Virus record (IMG/VR): IMGVR_UViG_3300032334_001950
Span: 8,254 to 72,253 of that record
DNA length: 64,000 nucleotides
Strand: one strand, 5' to 3'
Origin: a virus
Shown: positions 9,332 through 19,699 of the stretch, piece after piece
Position numbering within the stretch: the first letter of the stretch is position 1
How the letters are laid out: each line of letters begins with the position of its first letter
Translations under genes and position numbers: made by a program
The notes under the pieces: model-generated
What the model saw: the letters and a program-made list of their open reading frames with translations, nothing else
Databases searched by the model: none
What the model was told of the DNA's origin: nothing

Positions 9332-9835
9332 GTGGCATTTTCTGGGGCAAGCCAATTCTTAAAAGATTTTCTTTCAGGAGCCGTATCAGGGGAGATACAA
9401 CCTCCTGCCCCCGGTGGCGCCTCTTTTGCTGATTATATGGATCCAGCAGCAGACAAAAGCCCTTATTCATATCCAGCGGCACCGTCTCCCGCCGCTAAAT
9501 CACCTAGCTTTAGTGATTACATGAATGCCCCTAGGACAGGTTTTCCAACCATGACGCCTGTGCCGCCCCCTCAGCCAAGTCCTTTCAATTTCCAAGATTA
9601 TATGAATAGAGGTTCCGCAAACCCCTTCCAATCCATGGGGATGCCCAGCAACTTTGATGGAACACAAATTGCAGCACAACCGGCGTTTGGCGGAGGCGGG
9701 ATACCTGAGCACGTAAGGCAGTGGCGCAGACAAATTGATAATGTTTATACGGATCCCTCAGATCGCGCAGCAGCTACAGCAAAATGGCTGGAGTGGCAAA
9801 AAGAAAATAACGCCGGACCTGTACGCGGCGTTTGA
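9332..9835 (+). CDS. Pro-rich protein with three FxDYM repeats
   Basis: SFADYMD, SFSDYMN, NFQDYMN; GTG start 24 nt after TAGAAT. Confidence 0.65.
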   Translation: MAFSGASQFLKDFLSGAVSGEIQPPAPGGASFADYMDPAADKSPYSYPAAPSPAAKSPSFSDYMNAPRTGFPTMTPVPPPQPSPFNFQDYMNRGSANPFQSMGMPSNFDGTQIAAQPAFGGGGIPEHVRQWRRQIDNVYTDPSDRAAATAKWLEWQKENNAGPVRGV

Positions 9836-11683
9836 TTAGTGGGTCTCCTCCCAGTTCTTACCAATACGGTACTCACCAGTAAACGGGCACTTCAATCCAA
9901 AGTATTCACCGGACTGGCGAATACCATCCACAATGCTCTTTGCAATAAATTCTGAATGCTGGGGACGTGCAAGCACCTGGAGTTCATCGTGGAACCAACC
10001 AACCGGTTGAAAATCCTCACCCGGATCCAACCCCGCTTTCGTTACTGTATCCCAGAAGATACAGGTAGCCTTCTTCATCAGGATCGCCCCCGTAGATTGT
10101 AGCAATTGGTTCAGCGCTGAATGCCTGGAGCGGATCAATAACTTGCGCCCATCAATGCCAACGAGGTGACCATTCTGCGTAATGCGCCGATCGATCAGAT
10201 CTTTTAACTGCTTGATAGCAGGCAAGTTCACATAAAATGTATCAATTGTTACTTTTCCCTGCCTGTACTGCTCATCTTCAGTTGCTTCAGGGCAAATAAT
10301 ACTTCCGGCTTTCTTCACTCCAGCGCCATACAGCACGCCAAACGTCAACCTCTTGGACAGATCCCGTGCTGCTTTAGGGATTTTCCCACTGGCTGGATCA
10401 TACAATCCAAACAACGCAGCATTATGTGCATGGATATCAACGCTCGGATCACTGACCAACCCAGCGTAAACACCCTCATCAAAGTAAGCAAGCCAAGCAG
10501 CTAGCGCCCGTAATTCCAAACCGGAAGCATCGGCACCCACTAGGTCCCATCCTTCTGGGGCATAGAACAAAGCGCGACACTCAGCACCGAAGGGCGCACC
10601 AACACTGGGCACCTGAGAGACGTTTGGATTACTGTGCGAAACCCTACCGCTAACACATGAATTTGTATTGACGTTACCATGAATGCGGCCATCATTGTAG
10701 ACGCGGCAATGATTAAGCCAAGCCTCTTTGCCATCTACAATCTGACCCAGTCGTTTATTGAGCAGTTGATACTCGGCCAGCATTTTTGCTTCAGGATATT
10801 TCTCCCCTAATTTTTCCAGAACATCGTCATCAACTTTGACGTTACCTTTTTCCGTAGATCCAAAAATAATTTCGGGGTAGCGCTGCTGCAACCGTTCTGC
10901 TGTCTGCTGCCTTGATCCTGGGTTAAATACGGTGATCTTGGTTTTAAGGGGCTTTCCTGTTTTAGCGGAGATGCGTTCCTCCTTAATTGGAGGGAAAACA
11001 TCCTGGAGCTGATCGTCAATTTCAGTCCGCCTAGCTTTGAGTACATTGACGAGAGCGTATGCGGCCTTTTCATTGAACGGGAAGCCAAATTTCTCCTGTT
11101 CGGCCATGATACAACAGAACTCGTGCTCCAGATCGAAGGCCCTGGCGCTGATCTCCTGGGTCAACATGTAATTGTACAGCTCCAAGCTGACCAGGGTATC
11201 CCCCTCACAGTAGGTCTGCATGGCTGCTGACCAGTTATCCCATACCTTTTCACCGGGTTCTAGGGGTGCTTCAGCTTTGAATTTGATCTTTGATGTACCA
11301 AGCCGTTCTCCCCAGGCGGCTAAGCTATGGCGCCCTTTGTACTTAGACTCAATATGGGAATACTTAGACTCATCCTCAGATTCAATCTCGGGGAACAGCA
11401 ACCGGCTAACTACCAAGGTGTCGTAGATGTCGCAATCCGGTCTCAGTATGAGATTGGGATACAGTTTACGTAGTACGGGTAGGTCAAACTTCAGCAAGTT
11501 ATGGCCGACCAGTTGCCTTGCCTCTGCAATGTAGTCAAGGCCTGCTTCGATGCTGGGATGCCCCGGTTGGTTCGCACACGAGATCACCTCGCCCGTTTCC
11601 ACGTGGCGCAGAACCAAGCAATGGACGCGATCCAGCTTGTGGAGCAATCCATTGGTCTCCAGATCTAGCACGTAAGCGGTCAT
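9836..11683 (-). CDS. polA: family A (T7-like) DNA polymerase with 3'-5' exonuclease domain
   Basis: Exo motifs DLETNG, GHNLLKFD, YCEGD; polymerase motifs DASGLELR, KRLTFGVLYG, HDE. Confidence 0.96.
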   Translation of the reverse strand: MTAYVLDLETNGLLHKLDRVHCLVLRHVETGEVISCANQPGHPSIEAGLDYIAEARQLVGHNLLKFDLPVLRKLYPNLILRPDCDIYDTLVVSRLLFPEIESEDESKYSHIESKYKGRHSLAAWGERLGTSKIKFKAEAPLEPGEKVWDNWSAAMQTYCEGDTLVSLELYNYMLTQEISARAFDLEHEFCCIMAEQEKFGFPFNEKAAYALVNVLKARRTEIDDQLQDVFPPIKEERISAKTGKPLKTKITVFNPGSRQQTAERLQQRYPEIIFGSTEKGNVKVDDDVLEKLGEKYPEAKMLAEYQLLNKRLGQIVDGKEAWLNHCRVYNDGRIHGNVNTNSCVSGRVSHSNPNVSQVPSVGAPFGAECRALFYAPEGWDLVGADASGLELRALAAWLAYFDEGVYAGLVSDPSVDIHAHNAALFGLYDPASGKIPKAARDLSKRLTFGVLYGAGVKKAGSIICPEATEDEQYRQGKVTIDTFYVNLPAIKQLKDLIDRRITQNGHLVGIDGRKLLIRSRHSALNQLLQSTGAILMKKATCIFWDTVTKAGLDPGEDFQPVGWFHDELQVLARPQHSEFIAKSIVDGIRQSGEYFGLKCPFTGEYRIGKNWEETH

Positions 11684-11919
11684 CAGAAGAATTTCTTGTA
11701 AAGGCGGGCAACATTAACAATTTCCAAGTTCAACTCCTCACCCGCATGTGCCTCCACCCTTGTGTACACATTCTTCGCTTCGGTGACGTCATGCAGACAC
11801 AACGCCCGATTCAATGTCCGAGTATCATCAACACTTTCCAATTGAAAGCCGTTCCGCTCGGGATTTAGACATAGCACATGGGCTAGGTCGGCATCACACA
11901 GCACAAATCCTCTTTGCAT
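11683..11919 (-). CDS. hypothetical protein
   Basis: 78 aa, stop overlaps the polymerase start. Confidence 0.6.
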   Translation of the reverse strand: MQRGFVLCDADLAHVLCLNPERNGFQLESVDDTRTLNRALCLHDVTEAKNVYTRVEAHAGEELNLEIVNVARLYKKFF

Positions 11920-11922
11920 TTT

Positions 11923-12207
11923 TCAATTCCTGATGCTTCTGTGATCGGGGATTGCCTTGAGCATAAAAATATCCAAGGCAATGTGCACTAGCGTAGGAAC
12001 CATAGCAAAAGCCTTGGGGGGAAGCCCGCCGAACAAAGCTGACAGTTTATCCGCCAAATCTGTTCGATGCAACTCTTGAAATTCCACACTCAACATATTG
12101 GCAACATTCAACAAAAAATCTTCCAACGTGTCATCCTGGTGTTTTAATTGTTCTACGATCTCCCACAACTCAGGGTCGCCTTGGATCATGTCAATAAGGT
12201 CATTCAT
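11923..12207 (-). CDS. hypothetical protein
   Basis: 94-aa helical ORF in operon arrangement. Confidence 0.6.
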   Translation of the reverse strand: MNDLIDMIQGDPELWEIVEQLKHQDDTLEDFLLNVANMLSVEFQELHRTDLADKLSALFGGLPPKAFAMVPTLVHIALDIFMLKAIPDHRSIRN

Positions 12208-12209
12208 AC

Positions 12210-12863
12210 ATGTGTGCCAATTACGGTGCTACTGTAGACGAAGAAACCCTGGTCGGCAACCAAGTGAGACGTAAACCTAAACGGAAATTCAAAACCAAAA
12301 CTTTTTGGGTTGGCGGCCAACGGTGCAGGATTTTTCTTGAGCCGCTGCATGAGTACACGCCAGGGTATTGGGTGTGGGGTGTAGGGTTTGTTGTTGGTGG
12401 ATCACCCCGCCAACAGAGGGATTGGTTTTGGCGACGCAAGAACAAACGTAGGAGGAAACTGGATAAGAAACTATTGGGCAATCAAGGGATCAAAGCAATC
12501 ATTGCCGGATTTAATGAAGTCTTAAGGATTCGATGGAATATTGAAGGCGGCGATGTTTTGTTTCTCGATTGCACATCAGCAAAACCCGAACAACAATTTA
12601 AAGCTTGGTCCAGGTGGCATCGGCATCATCCCGAATGGGTCATCAGCTACGAAGAAAAAAAATTCTTTTGGTATCGACCCCCTTATTCAGATGACACCAT
12701 CCGGGAACTGTTTGACGTAACACCAATCATTCCGGCGGATCCGCTGGCGAACACTGCTGGTCAGAACTACTACGATTGCTTTCGTGTTCGTCCAAAAGGG
12801 CACAGTAATCAGCTATCCAATGCGCAAATAGAAAATCTACTGAGCTTGGCTCTAACCAGCTAG
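12210..12863 (+). CDS. hypothetical Trp/Arg-rich protein (start uncertain)
   Basis: Long plus-strand ORF filling a gap in the minus-strand block. Confidence 0.55.
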   Translation: MCANYGATVDEETLVGNQVRRKPKRKFKTKTFWVGGQRCRIFLEPLHEYTPGYWVWGVGFVVGGSPRQQRDWFWRRKNKRRRKLDKKLLGNQGIKAIIAGFNEVLRIRWNIEGGDVLFLDCTSAKPEQQFKAWSRWHRHHPEWVISYEEKKFFWYRPPYSDDTIRELFDVTPIIPADPLANTAGQNYYDCFRVRPKGHSNQLSNAQIENLLSLALTS

Positions 12864-13169
12864 CAAGTATAAAGAGGGCATCCTTCAAGGCCTCTTTGCT
12901 TTCTTCGTGGTCGTCATCAACGCAACGAGTTAAGACAGCAAGAAGCCATTTGTTTGGTTCCTTTCTAGGGTCAATATATTCATTTGTCATAGCGCAGCAC
13001 TCCGGCGCATTTGCTCAACATAATTACCGATGTCGGGATCACCCTTCTTGGCTTGTTTGTAGTTGCTCAAGGCATTACAAAGACCAATCAAGGGTTCCCG
13101 TTCACCGGGCATTCCTAGGTATTCTTCAATGGCTTCTGCCATTTTTTCTGCGTGGCGTTGGTAATTCAT
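12727..13169 (-). CDS. two coupled hypothetical ORFs (12987-13169, 12727-12990)
   Basis: ATGA-type coupling; the second overlaps the convergent gene by about 137 nt. Confidence 0.5.
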
Positions 13170-13319
13170 GTAGTATCAAGAGTGAAGGGAGTAAGATTTG
13201 AATGGCCGGAAGAAGAGCAGCGTCACGGCCATACTAAGGGGTGCCCCAGTTTCTGCTGCTTCCTGGGGCAGGTAAGCGAAGGGCAGTGCTACTGATCACA
13301 GTGCTGCCCCACCCCAACA

Positions 13320-13451
13320 TCAAGGAATAAGTAAGGCGGGGACAAGAAGCCACCACCAAGACCAATCAATAACGTGAGTGAGCTTTAAGGTAATAAACAA
13401 AAGAAATGCTGCACCCCCAAGGGTAAGAGCAGGCGGATTTGAAGAAGCCAT
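13320..13451 (-). CDS. small membrane protein (43 aa, below track cutoff)
   Basis: FLLFITLKLTHVIDWSWWWLLVP, a common phage transmembrane motif. Confidence 0.7.
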   Translation of the reverse strand: MASSNPPALTLGGAAFLLFITLKLTHVIDWSWWWLLVPALLIP

Positions 13452-13461
13452 GGAGGTTGCA

Positions 13462-13719
13462 TTACTCAGGAAGTTCCTGATCTAACAGCTTGTTGACTGC
13501 TTTCACAATAAAAGGGAACTCTTCGGGGTCAATCCTGATACTGGAGGCACCTGGCTTAACGGGATCATCAGGATATTGTGTAAGCACCAAAAAAGCACCA
13601 CCAGCTTCATCTTCAAGGCTGACATGTGTAGCTTGAACACTGAAGAATGGGTTGTTATCTTTTGGATGTACAGAAATACAAGTTGTTGTAAGTGTGTACG
13701 AATTGTTAGTGTTGGCCAT
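13462..13719 (-). CDS. hypothetical phage protein
   Basis: 85-aa ORF. Confidence 0.6.
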   Translation of the reverse strand: MANTNNSYTLTTTCISVHPKDNNPFFSVQATHVSLEDEAGGAFLVLTQYPDDPVKPGASSIRIDPEEFPFIVKAVNKLLDQELPE

Positions 13720-13781
13720 GGGGAGGAGCAGGGGGCAAGGTCAGCTTATCAGGCAAATAAACAAGGTTCAAGCTATCGTCA

Positions 13782-14195
13782 TCATTCTTCAAGTTCCACG
13801 TCAGATAAGCGCTCTGCATAAACGCTACAGCCGATGGCATCTTCCGTCTCTGCTTCGGGGAACCCAAAGGAACACCCGTTGCTGCCCATCAGACCGCAAG
13901 TATCGCAGGGGATTGCTGGCAGTTCAGCTGCTAAAGAAACAGGTTTGCCCAAGTCACGGGTCACTTGGTTGTATAACATTTTCTTAAAGTTTGACACGAT
14001 GGCAGCATTCTCCTTAGCCAAAGCAAAGAAGTCTTGGCTTACTTCTTGGGTGGTTTCCATGTAGCCACAGAAGTCACATTTTTTTCTGCGTCGAATGCTG
14101 ATCCTCTCCTTGGAGTGTTCGATGATGCGGAGGCCCCGCTTCTTGCAAGATGGGCAGGTGGGTAGGTTGCTTGCGTTGGCGGCTTCAATGCTCAT
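13782..14195 (-). CDS. zinc-ribbon protein (NrdR N-terminal-like)
   Basis: CPSC...IRRRKKCDFCG..ETTQE plus a second Cys cluster; ATG at 14195. Confidence 0.65.
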   Translation of the reverse strand: MSIEAANASNLPTCPSCKKRGLRIIEHSKERISIRRRKKCDFCGYMETTQEVSQDFFALAKENAAIVSNFKKMLYNQVTRDLGKPVSLAAELPAIPCDTCGLMGSNGCSFGFPEAETEDAIGCSVYAERLSDVELEE

Positions 14196-15131
14196 TGTTT
14201 TTCTGCGAGGTTGACGTTGGCGGTAAGCAAAGCATAAACACATCCCATGATCTCATGCAAATCTTGTTGAGAAAGGTTCTCAATAACGATGTTGTGAGAT
14301 TGGATTCGGAGCATGACGGAAGCAAGCCCCCGTTCATCGTAGTACCCAGAGCAGTGGATGGGAGTTTGGTCAGTCATCGATGGAAGACAGGAACACTTTG
14401 ATTGTTCGCCCATTATCCTGCAAACTTACCTTGACATCAGAGCATTCCAAATAAACAATCTCCCTGCCCCAGTTAGTGATGACTTCTACGCGGGTTACTT
14501 TGGGGTAGGAGTAAAGAAAGTCAACGTGCGGCAGTTGTAGGTTGTTCAAGTCATGTGGGTCTTTAGTCATTGGCCCTCCAGTTCGGTGGCGATAGCGAGG
14601 ATTCTTTCACGACTTTCTTGTGCTGTTAAAACCGGCACAAGAGTTGAACCCCAAGGAGTTTTTGTCATTGGGATTGCCTGATCCGCAACAGCACGAAGGA
14701 CAGCGGCAATACACACATAATCTTCTTTTATGGGACTATCTAGCCAACCATAACCAACAATGTAGGCATCTAGCACCACCTGAGCCGCAGGGGAAAGGTC
14801 AGTCATTGAGTTGCTCCAGTGCTTTGCGGATGGTGTCATAGTCACTAGGGCTGGGAATAACCCCATGTTCTAGACCCGTCAGACTGTGTAATGCCTGCTT
14901 TTTCAAGCTCGGCGGCTTAGGGCGGCATGCTTCGCGGAGTTCTGTATGTTCGTGCTCGTGACCTTCTAGTTTCAACCACTCACAGCACCTTTCCAACTCA
15001 ACGTCAGCACCCCATTGTGCGGCGCGGGTGGCTAATTGTTGCTTCCATGATGTGGATAGATTGTCTATCGCGTCATACCACTGCTCCACCAACTCAGGTG
15101 GCGGGATGATCGGGTGTTGTTGGTCAGTCAT
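14192..15131 (-). CDS. cluster of four small coupled hypothetical ORFs (14192-14413, 14370-14570, 14567-~14809, 14799-15131)
   Basis: Overlapping start/stop codons on one strand. Confidence 0.6.
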
Positions 15132-15751
15132 TTGAATGCAGCCTCACCAATGACAGGGAATTGATGGATAAAAATTTGCTTGCAGCCTTCTGCAATTAAC
15201 CGATGCTCTAGTTGTGTACCTGGATCAGTGCGTACATTAATATAATGTATCCAAGACCGCAAGCAGCCGTTCATATACAAAGTAGTTTGTGTGCTAAGTG
15301 GAAGAATGCGGCGTGCACATTCTTTGGCCACATGATTTTTAATCATTTGAGCATAAAGATCTTCAATATCTGCATATAGATTACGAATCTGTTCATCATA
15401 GTAAGAATGTGCATAAGGATCAAGATCATCTGTACTGTTTTGTCTGTTCTTTAGATCTTGCCTACGTAATTCTGGAACAACAGCAGGCCGTGCTTCTGCA
15501 TACCTGGTACTGAACTCTTGAAAACTAAATGAACGATGGCGTAAAATCTGTGCAGAAATGTCGCGCTCTGTGTGTATTTGCACACAAAGATTAGCCATTT
15601 CAAATGGTGACCAGTGCTGGTGACTAATAAGATACCGCAATAGTTTTGGTGCAGTTGCTAAGTTGTTTTCATTGTCAGGATTGGATACCCTGGCCATCTT
15701 TACAATCAAAGCTTCTGCATTAGGAGTGCAGTGAACAAATTCAACAGTCAT
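15128..15751 (-). CDS. thyX: flavin-dependent thymidylate synthase
   Basis: HWSPFE, QILRHRSFSFQEFSTRY signature, AKECARRILP, TQLEH. Confidence 0.95.
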   Translation of the reverse strand: MTVEFVHCTPNAEALIVKMARVSNPDNENNLATAPKLLRYLISHQHWSPFEMANLCVQIHTERDISAQILRHRSFSFQEFSTRYAEARPAVVPELRRQDLKNRQNSTDDLDPYAHSYYDEQIRNLYADIEDLYAQMIKNHVAKECARRILPLSTQTTLYMNGCLRSWIHYINVRTDPGTQLEHRLIAEGCKQIFIHQFPVIGEAAFK

Positions 15752-15754
15752 GAT

Positions 15755-16855
15755 TCAATTGTTGTGTGTTTGTGTGATTGTAGCTTGATTGCCCCACCTC
15801 TCAAGCGCAGCACAAACTAAGTCGACATTGCCAAGCCCAGCTTCTTCAATCTCCTCGCCAAGCGCAATAATCTCCATCACCGTCGGCCGCTTCGGCGGTG
15901 AGGTGGCTAGGGCGGCACGGGCGCGATCCTGCAGTTCAGCGGCAGTCCCATCAGATGTTTGATACTGCAGTTCGTCAAGTAGCTCCGCGCACAATGCGCG
16001 AAAGTCGGGGGCTGGGGTCATGGTGTTGCCTCGGGAAGGGGTTTGATAATGCAATCAGGAAGCCAAAACCAATGTGTCATGCCGTGAAAATCAACTTCAA
16101 CATTTCGACCTTTAACACTTAAGATGATTCCGTAGTCAGTAATGCCAGAGTAGCATTTTCGGACAGACACTTTCTGTCCGATCAATTTTTTTACCTCTGA
16201 TACTTTCATTGCCTATGGCCCTCCAATTCTTCGGCAATACGGATCAGTTCTTCCGAGGCATTACAACTGCCAAGGTGAGCAGAGGCAGCACGAAGGACGG
16301 CGGCAGCGGCCCACTGAACGTGGCGGAGTGGAACGTGGTCTATTTCTTCCCATGCGGCATCCAACACCGCGTGAGCCGTAGGGGAAAGGGTCATCGCCCT
16401 GCCTCCTGCTCAAGCCAACGGACTGCGTTGTAATCGCACTCGTTCTCACGTAACCACTGTGCCACCTCAAGGATGGCGGCGCGGGCTTCGGTCGATGCCC
16501 ACCGCGATCCTGTTTCGCTGGTAATCGCGTCTGACACCCGCTCCACCAATCCCCCCGCCACTGGCGCAGGTTCCGCCACCTCCCGGCTGCGGGCCTGGCC
16601 GTGTTCAATGCCGAGGTTGTAAAGGGCGCGAAGGCTCCCATTCCAGGTGTCCTCGGAGTTCCAAAGCTTATCCAGCTCCTCATCCGTCGCCACCGGAGGC
16701 GGGGTTGAACTATCTGGAATTACCGGATAGTTGCCGGCCTGGGCCTCCAGTGCTATTACGCGGGCGCGGAGTTCGAGAATGCAGGCGTCTAATTGAAAAC
16801 GGCTATCTTTCTCTATTGCTGCCCACTGCTCAGGTGTTGCCTTGTAGTTGTCCAT
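15755..16855 (-). CDS. cluster of four small coupled hypothetical ORFs (15755-~16021, 16018-16209, 16206-16394, 16391-16855)
   Basis: Translational coupling; 16206-16394 is a paralog of the ORF ending at 14567. Confidence 0.6.
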
Positions 16856-17184
16856 CAGTACCTCACCTGCACCCGGCCAATGCCGTCAAGGGGAATGCCA
16901 AGCCGATAAGCGGCCCCGGCTGATAGGTCGATCGAATCGCAATCGCAGCGATCCTTGATCGGGACTACCAGGGACCGGCCCTTATGGGTTACGGTCACCA
17001 GTGTTCCGCAGGGAAGCCAAGGATGGGCCGCACTGATCCCCCAGTAGCGGAATGGACGGCCCGAGCAATAGTCAGGTTGCCCGGCAAAGTCCTGGTGATA
17101 AACCGTCGCTGTGATTGTACGAGCTTGCGCAACTGTTGAACCAAACACAGCGACAATCGCTGCCAAGAAATTAAGTTTTTTCAT
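16855..17184 (-). CDS. RlpA-like double-psi beta-barrel protein with signal peptide
   Basis: Signal peptide; ATVY..SAAHPWLPCGT.V.V..V.I.DR..IDLSAGAA..LG pattern. Confidence 0.8.
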   Translation of the reverse strand: MKKLNFLAAIVAVFGSTVAQARTITATVYHQDFAGQPDYCSGRPFRYWGISAAHPWLPCGTLVTVTHKGRSLVVPIKDRCDCDSIDLSAGAAYRLGIPLDGIGRVQVRY

Positions 17185-17640
17185 GCAGGAGTTTTTGCAA
17201 GTGGGGATAAACGCATGGAGGCGTGCTCCGAAGGTGTTTTGAAGTTGTCCCAGAGCACTTGAACGTAATTGGTTGTTTGCTTACGGGCATTGACCTTGGT
17301 GGTAAAACCAACTACGACACCACGCCTCAATTGACGATTCTGTTCAACAATTGCTTTGGATTCCTCCTTGACGCTTGGGATGGCACCATTCTTACCGCGC
17401 TCAATAACGCGATCACCAACATGAAAAACGTATTGCGGTTTAGCCATCAATGCCATCCTCCGTAGCAGCATCATCACTGATGCTCCAGCGAACCATTTTT
17501 TGCATTAATTCTTCTGTGGTGATATCAAGCAAGTAATTGTACTCAGGGTTTACTTCTGCATCCCAATCAAAACGGATGGTGTTAGTTTCCTCATCGTATG
17601 TACAAGTGAGGGAATCGGTGCCGGTGTCGATGGTTTCCAT
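17181..17640 (-). CDS. two hypothetical ORFs (17181-~17453, 17440-17640)
   Basis: Coupled minus-strand ORFs. Confidence 0.55.
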
Positions 17641-17674
17641 TGTTGTTTTGTTTACAAAAGGACAAAGAGTTTAA

Positions 17675-18115
17675 TCAGTTCTTAACGTGCTTCCAGCTGA
17701 TGCCGTTGACAACGTTCATGATGGTACCAAAGTGAGTGCAGTAGATTTCAGCAATGGCGCAGATAAAAGCATGGTTGCTGGGATAGCTTGAAGCCAATTC
17801 CTTGTTGGCGTACATCTGACGGATTTCCCTGACCTTATCTTCGTTTAGTTTTGCGTTGGGATTGTTGGTGCCAACAAGGTGATGGGTGATTGGTGCTTGC
17901 TTGCCGGCTAGGGGATGGTTGCTTCTCTTGGTAGGGGTTTTGATTGTGGTCTTGGCAACGCGAGGGATTAAGCCATCTACTGGTGCCGTGATTTGGATGA
18001 CCTCACCCTTGCGATGGGCTGTTAGAATCAGCTGTTCGTTTTGGATGTCGATGGAGGGGCGATCCTCTGCTGTGATGGTCAAAGACTGGATGGACTTGAA
18101 AGAGAAGTGGGACAC
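17675..18115 (-). CDS. putative DNA-binding protein (C-terminal domain like that of phage HNH endonucleases, no nuclease domain)
   Basis: GTNNPNAKLNEDKVREIR...IAEIY...TIMNVVNGISWKHV. Confidence 0.6.
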   Translation of the reverse strand: MSHFSFKSIQSLTITAEDRPSIDIQNEQLILTAHRKGEVIQITAPVDGLIPRVAKTTIKTPTKRSNHPLAGKQAPITHHLVGTNNPNAKLNEDKVREIRQMYANKELASSYPSNHAFICAIAEIYCTHFGTIMNVVNGISWKHVKN

Positions 18116-18354
18116 GGTTGGTTGGGTGTCTTGGACTCTGTCACTGTAGCTTCTGACTGATACCAGACAACCCTCTTACAGTTAAGCTTTACAACAGATT
18201 GAGTAAAGATTTGTTACTATCCTCTATTGTTTATATTTTCTAATATATTGGCTGTTGTGGTTGTTGCCCACCTGGCGCAGTAACCAAGTGCTACATTTAA
18301 AATCAACGAAAAATAACGGTTTTAATATTGCCTTAATGATTGCAACGTAATTTC

Positions 18355-18606
18355 TTATGCGAGTTCATTCCACGCCAAAAACTTCTTCACCTGGCGGTCA
18401 TCAGAATTAGCCAACTGCTTAATTGCTTCCAATTTCTTCTCCGCCGCCAACGCACGAGTTGACCAATACACCAAATGTTTATTTGTCTGCGTCAATTCAG
18501 TTTCCAGTGCAGTCTGAAACAATTTGGAAGGAGAAATATCCAATCCCGATTCTTTCCAACGCTCCACTAAGCTGTCCGGTACTGAGCAAGAAATAACAAG
18601 GGCCAT
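18355..18606 (-). CDS. small ribbon-helix-helix-like regulator
   Basis: VISCSVPDSLVERWK..GLDISPSKLFQTALETEL. Confidence 0.5.
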   Translation of the reverse strand: MALVISCSVPDSLVERWKESGLDISPSKLFQTALETELTQTNKHLVYWSTRALAAEKKLEAIKQLANSDDRQVKKFLAWNELA

Positions 18607-18690
18607 GGTGTCACACTATCTACCAAGAGGATAGCACAGCAACCTGCATACGTGTACCCACGGTAAAATTAGGGGATAAAAAGAAATAAC

Positions 18691-19545
18691 ATGGGCCAAT
18701 CTAGTCAGCTACAAGGTTCCGATAAATCCAATAAAAATCAATCGGATCAATCTTATTGGAGCGGCCCTAGTGCAACCGCAGCAAATTCAACGCCGCCCGC
18801 TGCACCAGACGTACCGTCATTTAATTCTCCGCTCGGAAGCAATTTTGACATCAGCAAACAGCTAAGTTCTTACAGGCCTTATCACGTAGAGATGGGCGCA
18901 TCCGGCACCCCCGTTACTGTTTATGATCAAGGCCCAGCAGTGCCTAAATACTCACAACCCCAACCGCCCACAACCATTCTTCGCTCTGGTCAAAACGGTC
19001 CATCAGGTCAACCACAGTCTCCTACAACTATTTTGCAACCCAGTGCTACTGCTTCACCGTCTAATCCAAAATTACGTGCAGACGATACTGCAGGCTATGG
19101 ACCAATAGGTAAATCAAAGGCAGCTTCATCCACAACAGGAACACCGCCTCCGCCGCCGCCTTCTGTGGTTGCTGCGGCCCCCACAAGTACCCGTATGGCA
19201 GGCCAATCACCAGCAGCTGCGGCTGCTTTAACTGCTACTACAACTTCAACCCCAGCTCCGACACCTGCTCCGGCGCCTAAACCTGCTCCCGTTTCAACTC
19301 CACCGCCACCACCTGCACCTGCCCCAGCACCTAAACCTACGCCTGCCCCTGCTCCAGCACCTAAGCCTGCGCCTGCACCACAAAATATTTCAAATCAGGG
19401 CCTTTTCGGCTTTGGCTCTGGGCGTCTTCAACAGCAGGTTGCGCCCCCACCAACTGCATATAACCCATTCGGTGGGCGGCAGATTACTCCACCCCCTCCA
19501 CCCCCGTCTCCGTTTAATCCCTTCGGTTTACGGACAACAAGATAA
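18691..19545 (+). CDS. Pro/Ser/Thr-rich disordered protein with RMAG motif
   Basis: 284 aa, PAPAPKP repeats at about 19250-19380; TAAAAT 21 nt upstream. Confidence 0.65.
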   Translation: MGQSSQLQGSDKSNKNQSDQSYWSGPSATAANSTPPAAPDVPSFNSPLGSNFDISKQLSSYRPYHVEMGASGTPVTVYDQGPAVPKYSQPQPPTTILRSGQNGPSGQPQSPTTILQPSATASPSNPKLRADDTAGYGPIGKSKAASSTTGTPPPPPPSVVAAAPTSTRMAGQSPAAAAALTATTTSTPAPTPAPAPKPAPVSTPPPPPAPAPAPKPTPAPAPAPKPAPAPQNISNQGLFGFGSGRLQQQVAPPPTAYNPFGGRQITPPPPPPSPFNPFGLRTTR

Positions 19546-19546
19546 C

Positions 19547-19582
19547 AAAAAACCGCCTCATTTTTCACAATGGGGCGGTTTT
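19547..19582. terminator. bidirectional intrinsic terminator
   Basis: AAAACCGCCTCATT/AATGGGGCGGTTTT hairpin flanked by A and T runs between convergent genes. Confidence 0.75.
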
Positions 19583-19699
19583 CAACATTTGTTGAAATTG
19601 TAGTTTGCTGAAAATTGTAGTCTACAGCCTGGCGCCAATCAAATAAGCAAGCGTAAAACCTACAATGGCGGCAATCAACCAAGTCGTTATCATAATTTT

